NCBI GenBank assembly: GCA_036172245.1
Contig: JAYWIR010000033.1
Coordinates: forward strand, 2,046,001 to 2,110,000
DNA from: Raillietiella orientalis
Taxonomy: Eukaryota
Reading direction: 5' to 3'
DNA length: 64,000 nucleotides
Shown: in pieces, positions 1 to 11,739 of the stretch
How positions within the stretch are numbered: the stretch's first letter is position 1
Layout of the letters: the number at the start of each line of letters is the position of its first letter
Notes under the pieces: model-generated
Seen by the model: the letters and a program-made list of their open reading frames with translations, nothing else
What the model was told of the DNA's origin: nothing
Databases searched by the model: none
Position numbers and translations under genes: made by a program

Positions 1-3000
1 GACCCCGACATCATCTGCCTCTCTAGTTTTCCGGCTTCATTCTCATTAACCAATAACGAAATTGCTCGTTATGAAGACATTCTTCCGAGCGAAGCTCTCG
101 GAGCTGCTCTTGACCAAGAGAATGGCCATCTTGAAAGAAAACGCAAAGCATTTGCAAAGATATCTGCACGCACACGCGTTCATCTTCTTCTGCCTATGTC
201 GCAACGTGCGCGCTTGTTGATTTCTTGTTGCGGCATCCCTGAATCGTGCTGAACATCCGCAGCGTTTCCAAAGCTGCCGATGCAATTGCAACTGTGAACT
301 GTCTGAAGATTCCGTTCGCTCCAGCGTGCGCAAGATCTGGAAACTGCCGGCACAAATGGATGACCTCTTCAGCCAAACCCACTCGAATTGCTCTTGTCGC
401 TTGTCCAAATCAGATCTGCTTTGGTGATAGGAAGGGTTCATCCCACACCTACTCTTGCAGTTGTGGGCAGCCTTTTTTTCTCTCAACGCTCAAAGGTCAA
501 AGGATGCCCCCATCGTTCCCCTCGTCCCCATGCCTTCTCCAGCAGATAGGGAGTCCCCGATAACCAAATGTGACTGCAGATCGCTCGAAGCATTAGTTCT
601 GAAAGGTGCACTCGTTTCAGAGAAATTCAGGTGGATGAACGACCAAAGCATCGAAGAGCTGTTGCCTGCTGCCCACAGATCGATAATCGGCCACTTCTGA
701 TTTGATTTCCTGACATCATTGCGCTTCCGAAATCATTCTTCAATACAAAGAAACAACACGCTGATGAATTCTCTTGTGGAAACCCTACGCGATGCGAGCA
801 CGCCATGCCCATCCCGCTTTCGTCTGCTGCTACCGACTCCTGCGTTCCAGCGAAAGAAGAGATGTCTTCTCCATTTCACAACCCACACACCTTATGTTGC
901 TGACATATTTCTGTACTTTATATATGCATATTTTGGCTTTTTTCTAATGTGCGAACTTTGGCGGGAGGAGGAAGCCTAATCCACTCTTTCTTTCGAGACT
1001 TTTGCTGCAAGAACAAGTGCACTGCAGTGTTTCTTTTTTCCCATAATGCAATCGTTTCAAACAGGAAACGTGTTGAACAGGGAAACACGAACATGATGTG
1101 ATAAACTTGGAGTACACTCCAAGCACATGGAACTAAGCAGAGATAGGTAGATGTAATGCTCAAAGTTCAGTTTCAATGGAATCTCCGTTGGAAGAACTTT
1201 GGTTCCTGATGACTCCTTTTGACTAAATTCGAGTGATTTCTTGACAAATCCTGAACATCCTCTGATAAAATTCGAGCCATCGGCTGTCATTAAGTTCGCT
1301 CTTCTCAGATCATTCTGCCTTTTTTTGGTGGACAGGGTGTGTGAATGATTAAATTCCCGTTTAGATCCGGAAGGCGTTCAGAAAAAAAGAAGACACTAAA
1401 AACTGAAAAGTGCTTTTTAACCATGAGAGGGGAGCAAAGGACGGGATCTCAGTTGCTTCCCTGAAGTACTGTCCATCTTCGCCAGCATGCTGGAGACTTC
1501 CTTGTCCTTAATGCCGGATAGAAGATCCTGATAGATACAGGGATGAGACAGAGATACGATAGGAATGACATCCTACTTGGTTTGGTCCATTCCAGCATAT
1601 TTTCTCTTGCCACACCATCCCGCGGAGGCAGGAAGCAGATCCCATGGCTGCGGCAATGGACGTTCCTCTTCGCATGAAGAGCTGGCTCACAATGCCCTTC
1701 GAATGCTGTCCGTCGAGAGCTCCAGGGCCGGGGCAAAGCGTTCCCAAACGAGCCGAATGGCAACTCAGTTCACTAGCAGGTGAACGAAGGATTAAGCCTC
1801 ACTGCCTCTGGCGCAGCTTGGATTCACGCTTGTCCAGTGGTGCCGACAGATGTTTCATGGGGTGCCCGATGGAGCATCAGCGTCGCAGAGTCCTGCAATT
1901 GAAGCGGGAGTAAGGAGCTCTCCGCCAGCACCACAGGATCTCCACCGTCTTCCGTGAGGATTCCTTGGAGATCTGCCAAGCAATGAATTCCTTCTCAGTC
2001 CCGCATCCCAGGAGTTTTCTTCCTCTTGAGACTTCGCAGATGGCCTCCGCTTTTCGCTGTGATTGGACACCGGGAGAAAACACAGCTCTGCGGAAGGAGA
2101 GGGCTTAGAGAAGAGAGGAAGGAAAGCGACTACGGTTTACGTCCGTCTCGTCTTCTCCAGACTGCGTGCCATGCATCCACCTTCACTTGTTGTTTCAGGT
2201 GAGACCATTTCACCACACCTCCTCATCTCTGAGGAGGCCTTGCTGCTGCCGCAACCCCTGCGTGTACTGGGAAGCCACGATCCTGTTGACGCAGTGCAGA
2301 ATCGAGCGATCGCGGAAGCAGACGAAGATGAGCTGCAGTTTCTCCGGGATGTCTTCTGTGCGGAACAGGGAATTCTCTGATGCCCCGAAGAGTCCCATAG
2401 CTAGAAAGCAGGTGCAGGGACGTCTCCAATTCTCCACGCACCTGGTGCGGTTCGCGATGACGCTTCCCTTTGTCTCAGCGACGTCGGGATCACGGGAAGC
2501 TTCAGCTCAGGAGCAGCAAAGCCGCACGCTTCGACCTGAGGGATGGCGCGGAACCACCCAAATAAGGGAAAGGGATCAAAGGTTCCGAAGTGGAATGGGG
2601 CATAACGTCCGATGTCACGAGTTGCGAAATCGGATGTTATTGCCACATCGATCAGCTGATCCGTCGACCATTCTCTTAGGGGTTTTCCTTACTCTTGCCA
2701 TGCAGAGCCAGATCTCCCATCTTGCCGGTCGGCAGTTTTCATTATCCCCATAAGGAACAACATCCAATAGGTATCAATCTCTCCCCCATAGGGACAGCTT
2801 CCGTCCAAACCCTCTACCCGCGTTTGTCCGCGAGCTTCCTCAACGAGCAGCGAGAGTAGCTGGAAACTCTAAAAAAAAAAAAGCAAACTCCTCCAAGCTC
2901 GCCTCGTGAATTTCTGCCCACGTTTGACTCTTGAAGTGCTGTGAACCTCAGATCGCGATGCCTGTCAACAGCCACCACTTTGAAACTCTTGTCTGCAAGA

Positions 3001-4102
3001 TGCATAGTGACCGGAAGCTTCTTCATAAAGCAGTCGCATCCGCCATCTGGGCTCTGCATCTTGCGGCTCTCCGTTTTTGTCTCGGCCTGCCGATTTCTAT
3101 AGTGACAAAGTGGAATAGATTGCTTCACGTGGGAAGCTGGAGTTTATCCCAGCGCGAAATGCCGAAAAGGCAGCTCTGACTAGCTCTTGGAGCCTCTTCA
3201 AATTTCAAACATCTTCACTGGAATCTTTCATGTACTGTGGAGTTCTGTAAAAAGCATTTGAATGAAAGTGGACGCCGCTCCAGTGAAGAACCAGTGAAGA
3301 TCAGTGGGACTCAACGATAGGCGTGAGCGCAAATGAGATGTACATCTTTTCAAGAAATCCTCAGGTTTGACTTGGCTGCATCGCTTCGCACGGCCACCCA
3401 GCTTTAGGACCTTAGGCAGCCCATCAGGGGCACATCAGCGCCTGAGGAGAGTGGTCGTGAATGTCCACCGAGCGTAGGCGAGGTGGCTCAACAGGACTGA
3501 GGGACTCATATTTATCCTGTTCGGATACCACAGGGATAGTGCAGCCGGATCAGTCCCACAGGTAACAAGGCGCAAGAAACAAGACCTAGTAAGCGAAGGA
3601 AAATTCAAGATCTCCAAGAGCAGAGAACTCTGAGCCCAAGGCAATCATCCCACCCTCTCATGAACTTGCGATAGTCCGCAGAAGGAGATGGCTCCAGAGG
3701 AGGAAGGCATTAACCATCGAAAACTTTGACAGCCTCGCAGCAAGTGGTGATCCACACGAAATGCGAGTTATAAGCGCCTGCTGCAAAGGTGGACGATATT
3801 CAAGTATCTCCAATTCTGGCAGAGTTCAGGACTCGCACTGGAAGAAAGTCAACTCCCGAGCTATGGATGGCCATCTCCTCAGAATCTTCGGAAATGGCGT
3901 AGGCAAGGTTTGCGAAACCAGCCTTGAGCTCACACACGCCATCGCCCTTCTCAGTTTTCCTTCCAGTTTTTTGGGGGGTTCCTTGAGTGCCTCAAGAACC
4001 GTCGCGCCTCTGGAGGCAGCTCACTCAGCTCTTTAGCGCTGTTCCATGCCACCAGGGGGTGCGTGTAATTCTTCAAGATAGGTGGTACTCTGGGAGCGGA
4101 CC

Positions 4103-4745
4103 GCCCTATGAATCCAGGAAGGACCTGAAGTCCGTTCCTCTAGAGCCTTGGAAGGGATCTCCGAAGGGAGCCCTCACCCAGAGGAAGCACCTCACCCTCA
4201 CCCTGGTTGTCTCCGAAGGAAACCCCGAAGGGAATCTTAATCCTTATTCTCTCCAGGAGAGACCCCCGAAGGGGTCCGCTCCATTTTTTCCTCTCCGAAG
4301 GGAACCCGGTAAAGGATCCGCTCCTGTTTCCTTCTCTGAAGAGAACACCAAAGGGACACTTCCGAAATTCAAAAGGGCGCTGCTTCCCCGAAGGGAGCGA
4401 CGCGCTTCTCTGCACTCTCTCGAGAGGTGTGACACACCTACTCCATGGTGTGGCACGGAGAGCTTTCCCGAAAGGGGAAGTCTTCTCCTTTGCACAACCA
4501 GAGGGGAAGGAGCTCCCACTCCTTGATTCCTGGAAGGATCCGTAGGGTCGATTCCCACTGCCGGCCACTCATCAAGGACATCCCCTTTGAGTCACTACCT
4601 ATGTTGCACCCGAAAGAATAGAGTCCAACCAGCGTCATCTTGCAGGAGGCACTCGAACCCACGACGCACCCATCTCTCGGTGTCGATTCCTTCCGAGTAT
4701 TCGAATCCGCAACGCTTGGTGCTACGCATGGAGGTCGTGACCACA
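4103..4745 (+). mobile_element. Non-coding structured insertion element, copy 1 (643 bp)
   Basis: Colinear homology with 27580-28266 from TGAATCCAGGAAGG to ACCACA; flanks GGACC (4098-4102) and TGACC (4746-4750); dense CCGAAGG hairpins; splits a LINE RT. Confidence 0.8.
4109..4371 (+). ncRNA. Candidate type III hammerhead-like ribozyme with large stem-I insertion (copy 1)
   Basis: TGAATC (4109-4114) ... CTGAAGA-G (4336-4343) ... C-GAAA-TTCA (4363-4371); TGAAT/ATTCA helix extended by CGCCCT/AGGGCG. Non-canonical extra C after the AUC site; weak stem II. Confidence 0.3.
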
Positions 4746-5490
4746 TGACCACCAATGCGGGAGACAGTTGGCGATCTCTGACGATAGTTGAAACCGTCCT
4801 CTGGTGGTTTCAACTGTCGCCAGAAATCTGGAAATCCTTCTTGGTGCTCTAACACGGAAGGATCTTGCACGGCACAAGGATTCGACATCAGATCAGAATG
4901 CCAAGTGATGGGGACTGCCCTGCATTCGGGAGCATGGAAGATGGATTGCATCCCTGAGCCCTCAAAACCCTCTTCCAAGACAGAAGAGTGGTCGTGCGGC
5001 CAAGAGAATTAAAAGCACAGCTCGGAATAGGAATCCTTTGAGGACTCTTCCGAAAACAGGAAGTCATACTCCTGTATGAACTCACGTCGAGGGTCTGACC
5101 ACGGCCTCCTTTGTAAAAGGTATCCTCATCTGGAAGCAGAAGATTTGAAAGGGTGTGGAGGTTTCCGCTAAGGTCACACTAATGGCCTTCTCAAGAGATG
5201 GGCATGCGGAGGCAGCGGCAGGGTGCCAGATTGGGCCATAAGTTGCACCCTGCAAAAGATCCAGCAGGTCGAACGACAAGCCGTATCCACACCAAGCAAC
5301 CTGATAATCTGTGGACGTTAAAATACCCCTCCGCTAGTCGGACTGGGGAACGGTCAGTTCGATTCCCAAAACAACATGCCCTGTTCCTGCCGATTCTCAG
5401 ACAAGAGCTGAACTCAGTTGCGTCGATTGCATGCCAATGCTGGATGCGAACGAGATGGTGAAGATCCGGACGCGAAGTTTGCTACTTTCG

Positions 5491-5568
5491 AAAAAAATGA
5501 AGCTGGACGTCTTGAATGCTGCGAAATGACTCCTCTCAATCCTTTCTGTTTTAGGAGTTCTTTTACTG
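5491..5568 (+). repeat. Dispersed ~80-bp direct repeat, copy 1 (partner 7191-7269)
   Basis: AAAAAAATGAAGCTGGAC(G/A)TCTT(G/A)AATG...CTCAAT(C/T)CTTTCT...GGAGTTCTTT shared. Confidence 0.85.
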
Positions 5569-5599
5569 GTGCTTCCCCGCGAAAGCCAGCCGTTCCCTA

Positions 5600-5999
5600 T
5601 TTGTTTGTATTTGAGCTTTACTGTTTCGTACGGCGCGTGTACAAGGGCGAGGAGCGGTGAGTGGCACACCTGACAGTCGCATGCGGGCAAATTTTTTCAC
5701 AGGTAGCCGGCGAGAACATGACGTCGGCTGCCGAGTGGGTCCACCTTCCAGAGAACGTTAGGAGCGAGATCACCAGCATCCATAGCCTGTTCTGAAGAAA
5801 TGGAACGGCCAAACCAAAGACCCCTGTCCCCTCCCCTCCCCATATCTTTATTTCTATTTTTCATATGTGTATTTGTGGTCCCCTCCCTCCCGTTCCGGAC
5901 TTTCGGTTTACAGACCTGCGTGCCGGAGATCTCCCCCTTCGTTTCTTCTGTGTCCCTTGTCCGGGAACTCTGTCCCTGGATAGTTTAGGAATAAACGCC
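5600..5999 (+). mobile_element. 3' end of LINE family A (ORF2 tail and 3' UTR ending AATAAA-CGCC)
   Basis: 3' UTR aligns by eye with the reverse complement of 54303-54440 (GTTCC(G/A)GACT, CCTTCGTT, GGGAACT, AATAAACGCC). Confidence 0.65.
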
Positions 6000-7190
6000 C
6001 CGGCGCACCCGGGTGAGAAGTAGGTGCTTGGTGTAGGTGGAAAGCGGGAAGCGCTGCGGATTCGCCTTCCGTTTCCGTTTCTTCCCGATCGTTTTCCCTT
6101 TCTAAAATCGCCCCTGGAATTTCGTTCTCCCTTGCTTTTGGCGCTGGAAGCTAACCTGTCATTTCATTAGCCAGCCTCGTCGTCATCATCATTCCTTCCA
6201 ACTGTTCAGGGATTCAGTTATCCTTCAATTTTCATTAAGGATGAAGTTTGTGTTCCTCTGACTTCTAAGCCCGTGGCGAGCCTGCTCCCGAGGAAAAGCA
6301 GCCTCAATCCTGGATGTCTTTCCACAGACTTTCTGAGAGATGATGTACATGCATATGCATGCATATGCCTTCAAGTAAATGTAATTTAATTTATGCATCA
6401 TCTTTCTGATGCGCATATCACACGTGCATCCATAAAGAGTCCAATGCACTGACAGTCATGCGTCCGTGTAGAAGGCAGTATGTTCTTACGTGGAATATAT
6501 GTGTGCAGCGCACACTGTTCGGTATGCATAAATGTGTGTATTATGCTTCCCACACGTGTGTGCGCGCATTCTCCTTGCGTGCTTGGAATGGCCGCTGCGG
6601 ATGGCAGCATCCGATTGAAAATCATCCGAAAAGCAAAGACGTTCCGATGATAATCGCACACTTCCTCGCTTCGCTGATGCCAAAATCCTTGGGAAGTATC
6701 TCTGTGAAGAGATGCAGCGCTGCTGCACCTGTGTACCTTAAGTTCGATCCCACTTGTACTCGACTTCGAGACCGATTACCGGTGTCCCTTACCAGGAGGC
6801 ATTCCAAAATTTTCCGGGGGTCTTTTCAAACGAGCAGATAATATCTATTAGCGATGCATTTGTTCTTTCCGCTCCGGGCGTCCAGCGAAGATCTTTCCAG
6901 AAGGGGAGATCGAAACTGGTTAATCTACTTCCCCCCGGAAAAGGGCATGGGTGATTAGTGATGCGCGCAATATAAAGCTTGCGAAATCTCTGTTCTTCCC
7001 ACTTTTTCCCCTTTTTGCACAGAATCCTTCCTTTTTTATACAGAGCTGGAATGTATTTTATCCGTAATCGCAGCTTCTTTCCTGATCCCAGTTTCCATTA
7101 CTTGAGGATTATTTTTCCGATAACTTCAATGTTTGCCAGTCGTCTGTCCTCTCCCTTGTCTTGTTGTACAAACAACACGCACGCACACGC

Positions 7191-7269
7191 AAAAAAATGA
7201 AGCTGGACATCTTAAATGATTGCGGAATTGCTCCCCTCAATTCTTTCTTTTATTGGAGTTCTTTAATTG
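7191..7269 (+). repeat. Dispersed ~80-bp direct repeat, copy 2
   Basis: See 5491-5568. Confidence 0.85.
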
Positions 7270-7373
7270 AACATGAGAGTGCCAAGCCAACTGATGGGAT
7301 TGATGGAGACGAATCTGTGCGAGAAGGACTCCGCCTGTGCGCAAAGACATCGTTCGCGAGACGAGCGGCACGC

Positions 7374-7539
7374 GCGCGTCCAGCACAGCCCTAACCACCC
7401 GCTTCCAGGAGCGACAACCTGCGTGCCCCGAGGCGAGGTGAAGAGGGAAGTGCGCGTCCAGCACAGCCCTAACCACCCGCTTCCAGGAGCGACAACCTGC
7501 GTGCCCCGAGGCGAGGTGAAGAGGGAAGTGCGCGTCCAG
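7374..7539 (+). repeat. Perfect tandem repeat, 78-bp unit, ~2.1 copies
   Basis: GCGCGTCCAG starts at 7374, 7452 and 7530; the two full units are identical. Confidence 0.97.
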
Positions 7540-7679
7540 AGCACGTTGCCCGGCGCTGCGGAGATTCCTACGGTCCGGACGTGTCCGGAAGGGAAAAACC
7601 CCAAAGCGCAAATCGAGTCGCGAGAGCGGGTCGGCCCGTCCCTTTCGGGAAACGATGCTTTTTAACCCCCTCACGACAG

Positions 7680-8760
7680 GGCGTTTATTTGTAAACATAA
7701 ATAAACATTTCGAGTGGAAAACACGGCAAGCAAACAGTCATGGGTCACGTCCACACGCAGGCAAACCACATGCAAGGAAAAAAGCGGGTTCTGTACGTTG
7801 GGGATTGGGGCGTGAAGAAAATAAAGGAGAGAGAGAAGGGAAAAAATAGCAAATAAACTTGCCCAAGGTACCAATGAAAGGCAAAAAAAAAAAAAAAAGG
7901 AGAAATCTCCGGGTGCAGGCTCATAAAAAGGGGAGGCAGGAGGGAGTCACCAGGAGACCATACCACTCCTTCCTTGCAGCCTCATGGGTCTCAAATTCTT
8001 CGTTCTTGGTGCGGAGGTGAGCCCTCTCGTCGACCCGCTATGTGCTGCTGCTCGGATATGGCGCAAGACCACCACTAGCTTGGGGGTCGCAAAGTCCTTG
8101 AGACGTAAGCAACGACTTCAGAAAATTCCCGTGGTAATTCTCCGGATACAAGGAGGCTGTTGGTCACCCACTCTGGAGGAACTCGCAAACCAAGAGCGGG
8201 TGAGGGAGCACTCTGATTCCCTTGCATCTTGGCGCCAGTTCGAGGAAGAATTCTCTCCCGATGGTGCCAGAATCTCTTCCACCGCGAGGAGATGCTGAAC
8301 TTGGCATGCTCATTTTAACGCAGGTGAACCTACAGGTACAGTTTAGGATGATGGTCGAGATACCTGCCTGCCCTCAAAATCCTCAGCCTCGCGGTCGGTT
8401 GCGACACAATAGCGTCGTTGCTGCCTCGCAACTGAGGCGGCATGAAGGAGCTCGGGTTTTCACCGAGACCGATTATTTCCCTGCGGGAACAGGAATGGAT
8501 CTTCAGCATCCCCGCACGCTGCAACGCTTGACGGCAGATGGCAGTGGTCACCCGGACCTGCGCACCGATTCATGCGTTGATACACTTCATCTGGGAGCAG
8601 CACCCCTGGAAGAAGTGGAGGGAGACCAGAAGTGGGTCCTGTCCACTGCCACCTCCCCAGTCGCTGCAGCGCTGTCCTTCCTGCGGATACGAACTGACAG
8701 GCTGGGTGATCTCGTAGCAGCAGCAGCTTCGAGACTCCCAAGCGAGCGACCCAGATGACA
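7680..8760 (-). mobile_element. 3' fragment of LINE family A
   Basis: Pyrimidine-rich 3' UTR on minus ending AATAAACGCC (7689-7680); upstream remnants resemble the zinc-finger tail of the other family A copies. Confidence 0.5.
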
Positions 8761-9399
8761 CCCAGAGTCCGTGCAAAGGACCACCACGTTAGAAGGAATA
8801 CCCGGGCATTTCGCCTCAGGAATCTGTGATCCCCTCCCCTATACCTGGATGCCTCTGTGCTCCCTGCTCAGATGGCAGCACGAGAAAGCTTTGCTGTTCG
8901 TGCGCTTGGACCTCCGCGACACCAGCGGCAGTATCGCTGGACGAGGGAAAGGGAGAAGTGGGGGAGGTCTCGCACCTTCCTCTAGAAGGCGGTGGACTTC
9001 GGAGTGCTTAAACATGATGATCGATTAGCAGATGATCGATTCCGACTCGGAGACTCCAAGGCATGAGCTTCTTCCGCGGCACTGCTCCGCGCGGAAGGGT
9101 CCTGCTTCCCGGATCGCCGGATCCTGCCTTGCGATCCTTGTGGTATCCCGAAGCAGTTAGGAGACTCTCCAAAAAGGACGACTTCCAGGTGCCACGCGCC
9201 CAGCCTCCTAAGCGATGGTCTCAACTGAAACAACAAGCAAAGGAAGATGCCGGAACGGAAGACGTAGCAGGTGTAAACTGGTCCCTTTTCTTCCTTCTTC
9301 GATTATTTATTTAGTTATTATCCTTTACTTACGACCTCCTTGCTCTTCTGTGCAGCTGAGCTCAAAATCGGTGCTTCATTCTTCCTTCGTGACCTCGCA

Positions 9400-9990
9400 A
9401 ATCCTTGTGAAATGGATGTCCTCTTTTGTTTGTCCAGTCTTGTTCATACAGAATAAACTCCCTGGTTTCACCAGGCGACTGAGATGCTGGTGTTGGCAGC
9501 ATACGCGAAATCTGAGTGCAAGAAGGTCATCAAAAGTTTCCACTGAATTGGAAGCAGTAAACTGTCCAGGAAGATGGTAGGGACCATTAGTACATCCGAG
9601 GGGATTATAGAAGCGTCCTCAAGAGATCCCTTAATCGTGAATGCTAGATCCAATGTCATTCAGGGGGATGTCCACTCCTTTTACGAGTCAGGAAAGCGCC
9701 CGCCTAGCCAGCGAAGCACACGATGTTCCTGAAATTCCAGTTGGAGCACTTCGGGTAGGAAGGCAACAGAAGCACCTTGTACCATCAGGACCACTGGGAA
9801 AGTCACGTCTACATAGATAATGAGCCGGAAGGAATATGGGGCCCTCAGACAGTATCCCAGAAGGAGAAGCTCTCGGACATCGTGTCTCGTCTCCAGAGAC
9901 ATTGGAAAGGCTCCCATGGACCTCTGAGAAGTGCTGATGCTGCCAAAGACGCCGCTTTCACGCCTGGAAGCCATCAAGCCTCAGAAGGAT
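9400..9990 (+). mobile_element. LINE RT core fragment
   Basis: EAVNCPGR (QxAFxPGR-like), DVHSFYES (DFEKAYDS-like) and LYHQDHWESHVYID...QKEKLSDIV, clearly homologous to 13001-12870 on minus (HWESHVHVD...QKEKLSDVL). Confidence 0.6.
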
Positions 9991-10099
9991 CGGTAGGGTG
10001 AGAAGTTCGAAGGATTTTTCCCTCTGTGACTGAACCGCGGGGCGGTGCTCGCACCCCTGCAAGTGAATCATCAGAATCGAAGGTTCGTCGAATTCAGGT

Positions 10100-11450
10100 T
10101 TTTGGGTTTCGCTTCTAGGTCAAAGACTCTTATACTGATTCCAGCAACTTACACTTGCTGGAACGAATGCTGAGAGTGATGCTGAACATTGTGGGAGCTA
10201 CTCTTGCTGCTGGCGTTCTCCCTTATAATGCGGTACTCCAAATTAAACTTATTTCCTCTTATGGGGATGCTCTCGAAAGCACTTTCCAAGCCCCCATGAA
10301 CTAACTGACCTCGTACTGAAAAGTGCGTTCCGTTTTTGGCCTCTCTACTCTCGTGTGCCCCTCGCAACCTCTTGGAAGCAGCGGTGAAGCGATGCAAAAG
10401 AGAAATCCTCTCAGTCCGCTTTAATGCACTCGGACCTAAGTTTTCCTGAGATTCCTGAAATTTGGGGAGTTTGAACTGGAAATTCAAGACAAGAAAAAAT
10501 TGCATTCTCGAAAATCGAGGGATTTGGGGTTTCTTTTTTTTGGAGGATTCTGACGAGCTTTCCGACAGAGGTTTAGGGTAAGCATGGTTTCCTTCGACAT
10601 TCATCTTCGTGTTTCTGAGGTTCACTTGCATCCTTGGTTTAGCCGCTTGCCTCGAGGTTGACTGAAGACATCAGATGAAAGGTGTTTTTCGAAAAGGATG
10701 TTGAAGGGTGCTTGCAGAACGTTTGCTTCTGAATGCTCGATGGCTTGGCATCTACCTTGCTCTTGTTTTCCACATGAAGGTAGGTGCCTGAGCCGTAGGG
10801 AACTAAACGGAAGGAAGATACTCTCAAGAGTTTCTACGAACTTTCCGGTTTCCTCGCCGCTGACAAAGATTGGTGACTCGTGTTCAATGGGAGAAGTCAG
10901 TCCATTTGATTCATTTGCGCACAGTGATCACATCCACTTTTGTATGAAGATCATCAAAAATTCTTAAAAGGGTGTGCATGAAGATCCTCACCTGGTCACT
11001 CCACAATCCGCCATAGCAACAAAATTGCCATCTACCACATGAGGTAACTCCCCCATCCCGGCAGAATCGTGGACGATGTTAGTCTGCTTCTCGACAGTGC
11101 CCCCCTCTCCTGTATCAAAGGTATGAGATGAATTGCAGAGTGAATGGTGACCTGCCGGGCCGCGCGTGTTAATAAGTGCGTCGCTCAATGGAAAACCCAG
11201 AGCTAGCTCACGGAGCCAGATGAGATCTGCAAAAAGATGTCCCTCGGGATCCTCAAAAATGGATCGATTCTTCCGGGAATTTCTCGTGAAGATACCTGGC
11301 TTCCCGATCGAAGCTATCGTCCTCCCACTAGTGTACCAGAAGACTGTCATCTTTCTGTCGCAGTAGAACCTCCCTCGAAAGGACGAGCATCACCACGCCT
11401 CAGTGGGCACAGTGTCTAAGGCCAGCATACATTGAGGCACCGTGGGAACT
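10100..11450 (-). mobile_element. LINE APE endonuclease and linker remnant
   Basis: CLNVC (~11435, LNVRG-like), EDPEGHLF (DxxGR-like), LPHVVDGNF (GGDFN-like) in ORF 10988..11350. Confidence 0.55.
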
Positions 11451-11739
11451 TTGCCGCACGCGCTTCCTGGATGCGGAAGCCTTCGTCAGGGATGGACGCC
11501 CACGCTTATAGGTTGCCTTCGCTTCGTGAGAGAAGCGGTGACTGAAGGAAAGGAGATAGGGAGAACGTGGTTGTCATCTCAGGGAGCCAATTGCAGCATC
11601 TACTTCCTCCACGAGAAAGACAATGGAAGGGTTCAATCCAGGATCTTGTACTCTAAAACAACATTCGGACGATGTGCGCAGTCCAACGTAATACCGATAG
11701 CGGTGAAGTTTAGTCCATGTCGTTCCTAACTGCGCAGTT

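Larger units (their letters stand above)
2900..5480 (-). mobile_element. Decayed L1-like LINE ORF2 (RT core to C-terminus), interrupted by the 4103-4745 insertion
   Basis: Frameshifted RT motifs in correct order on minus: SLEKAISV (~5185, DxEKAFD-like), GRVLKGFLFRAVLL (~5040, QGxPLS-like), degenerate YADD-like (~4895), then beyond the insertion TTYLE (~4075, YLG-like). Confidence 0.6.

Noticed and set aside
194..382. GLAEEVIHLCRQ as a PPR helix
   Set aside because: No neighbouring 35-aa repeats.
3987..4568. ORFs over the structured element on both strands
   Set aside because: Frames are not conserved in copy 2 (indels, module duplication); open because of GC-rich hairpins.
4109..4745. Plain TG...CA solo LTR starting at TGAATCC
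   Set aside because: The 5 bp immediately outside these ends do not match in either copy (CCCTA/TGACC; CTCTC/AAGCC), while matching flanks lie 6 nt further left. Not fully excluded.
7374..7539. CRISPR-like array
   Set aside because: No unique spacers, no cas genes, eukaryotic context.
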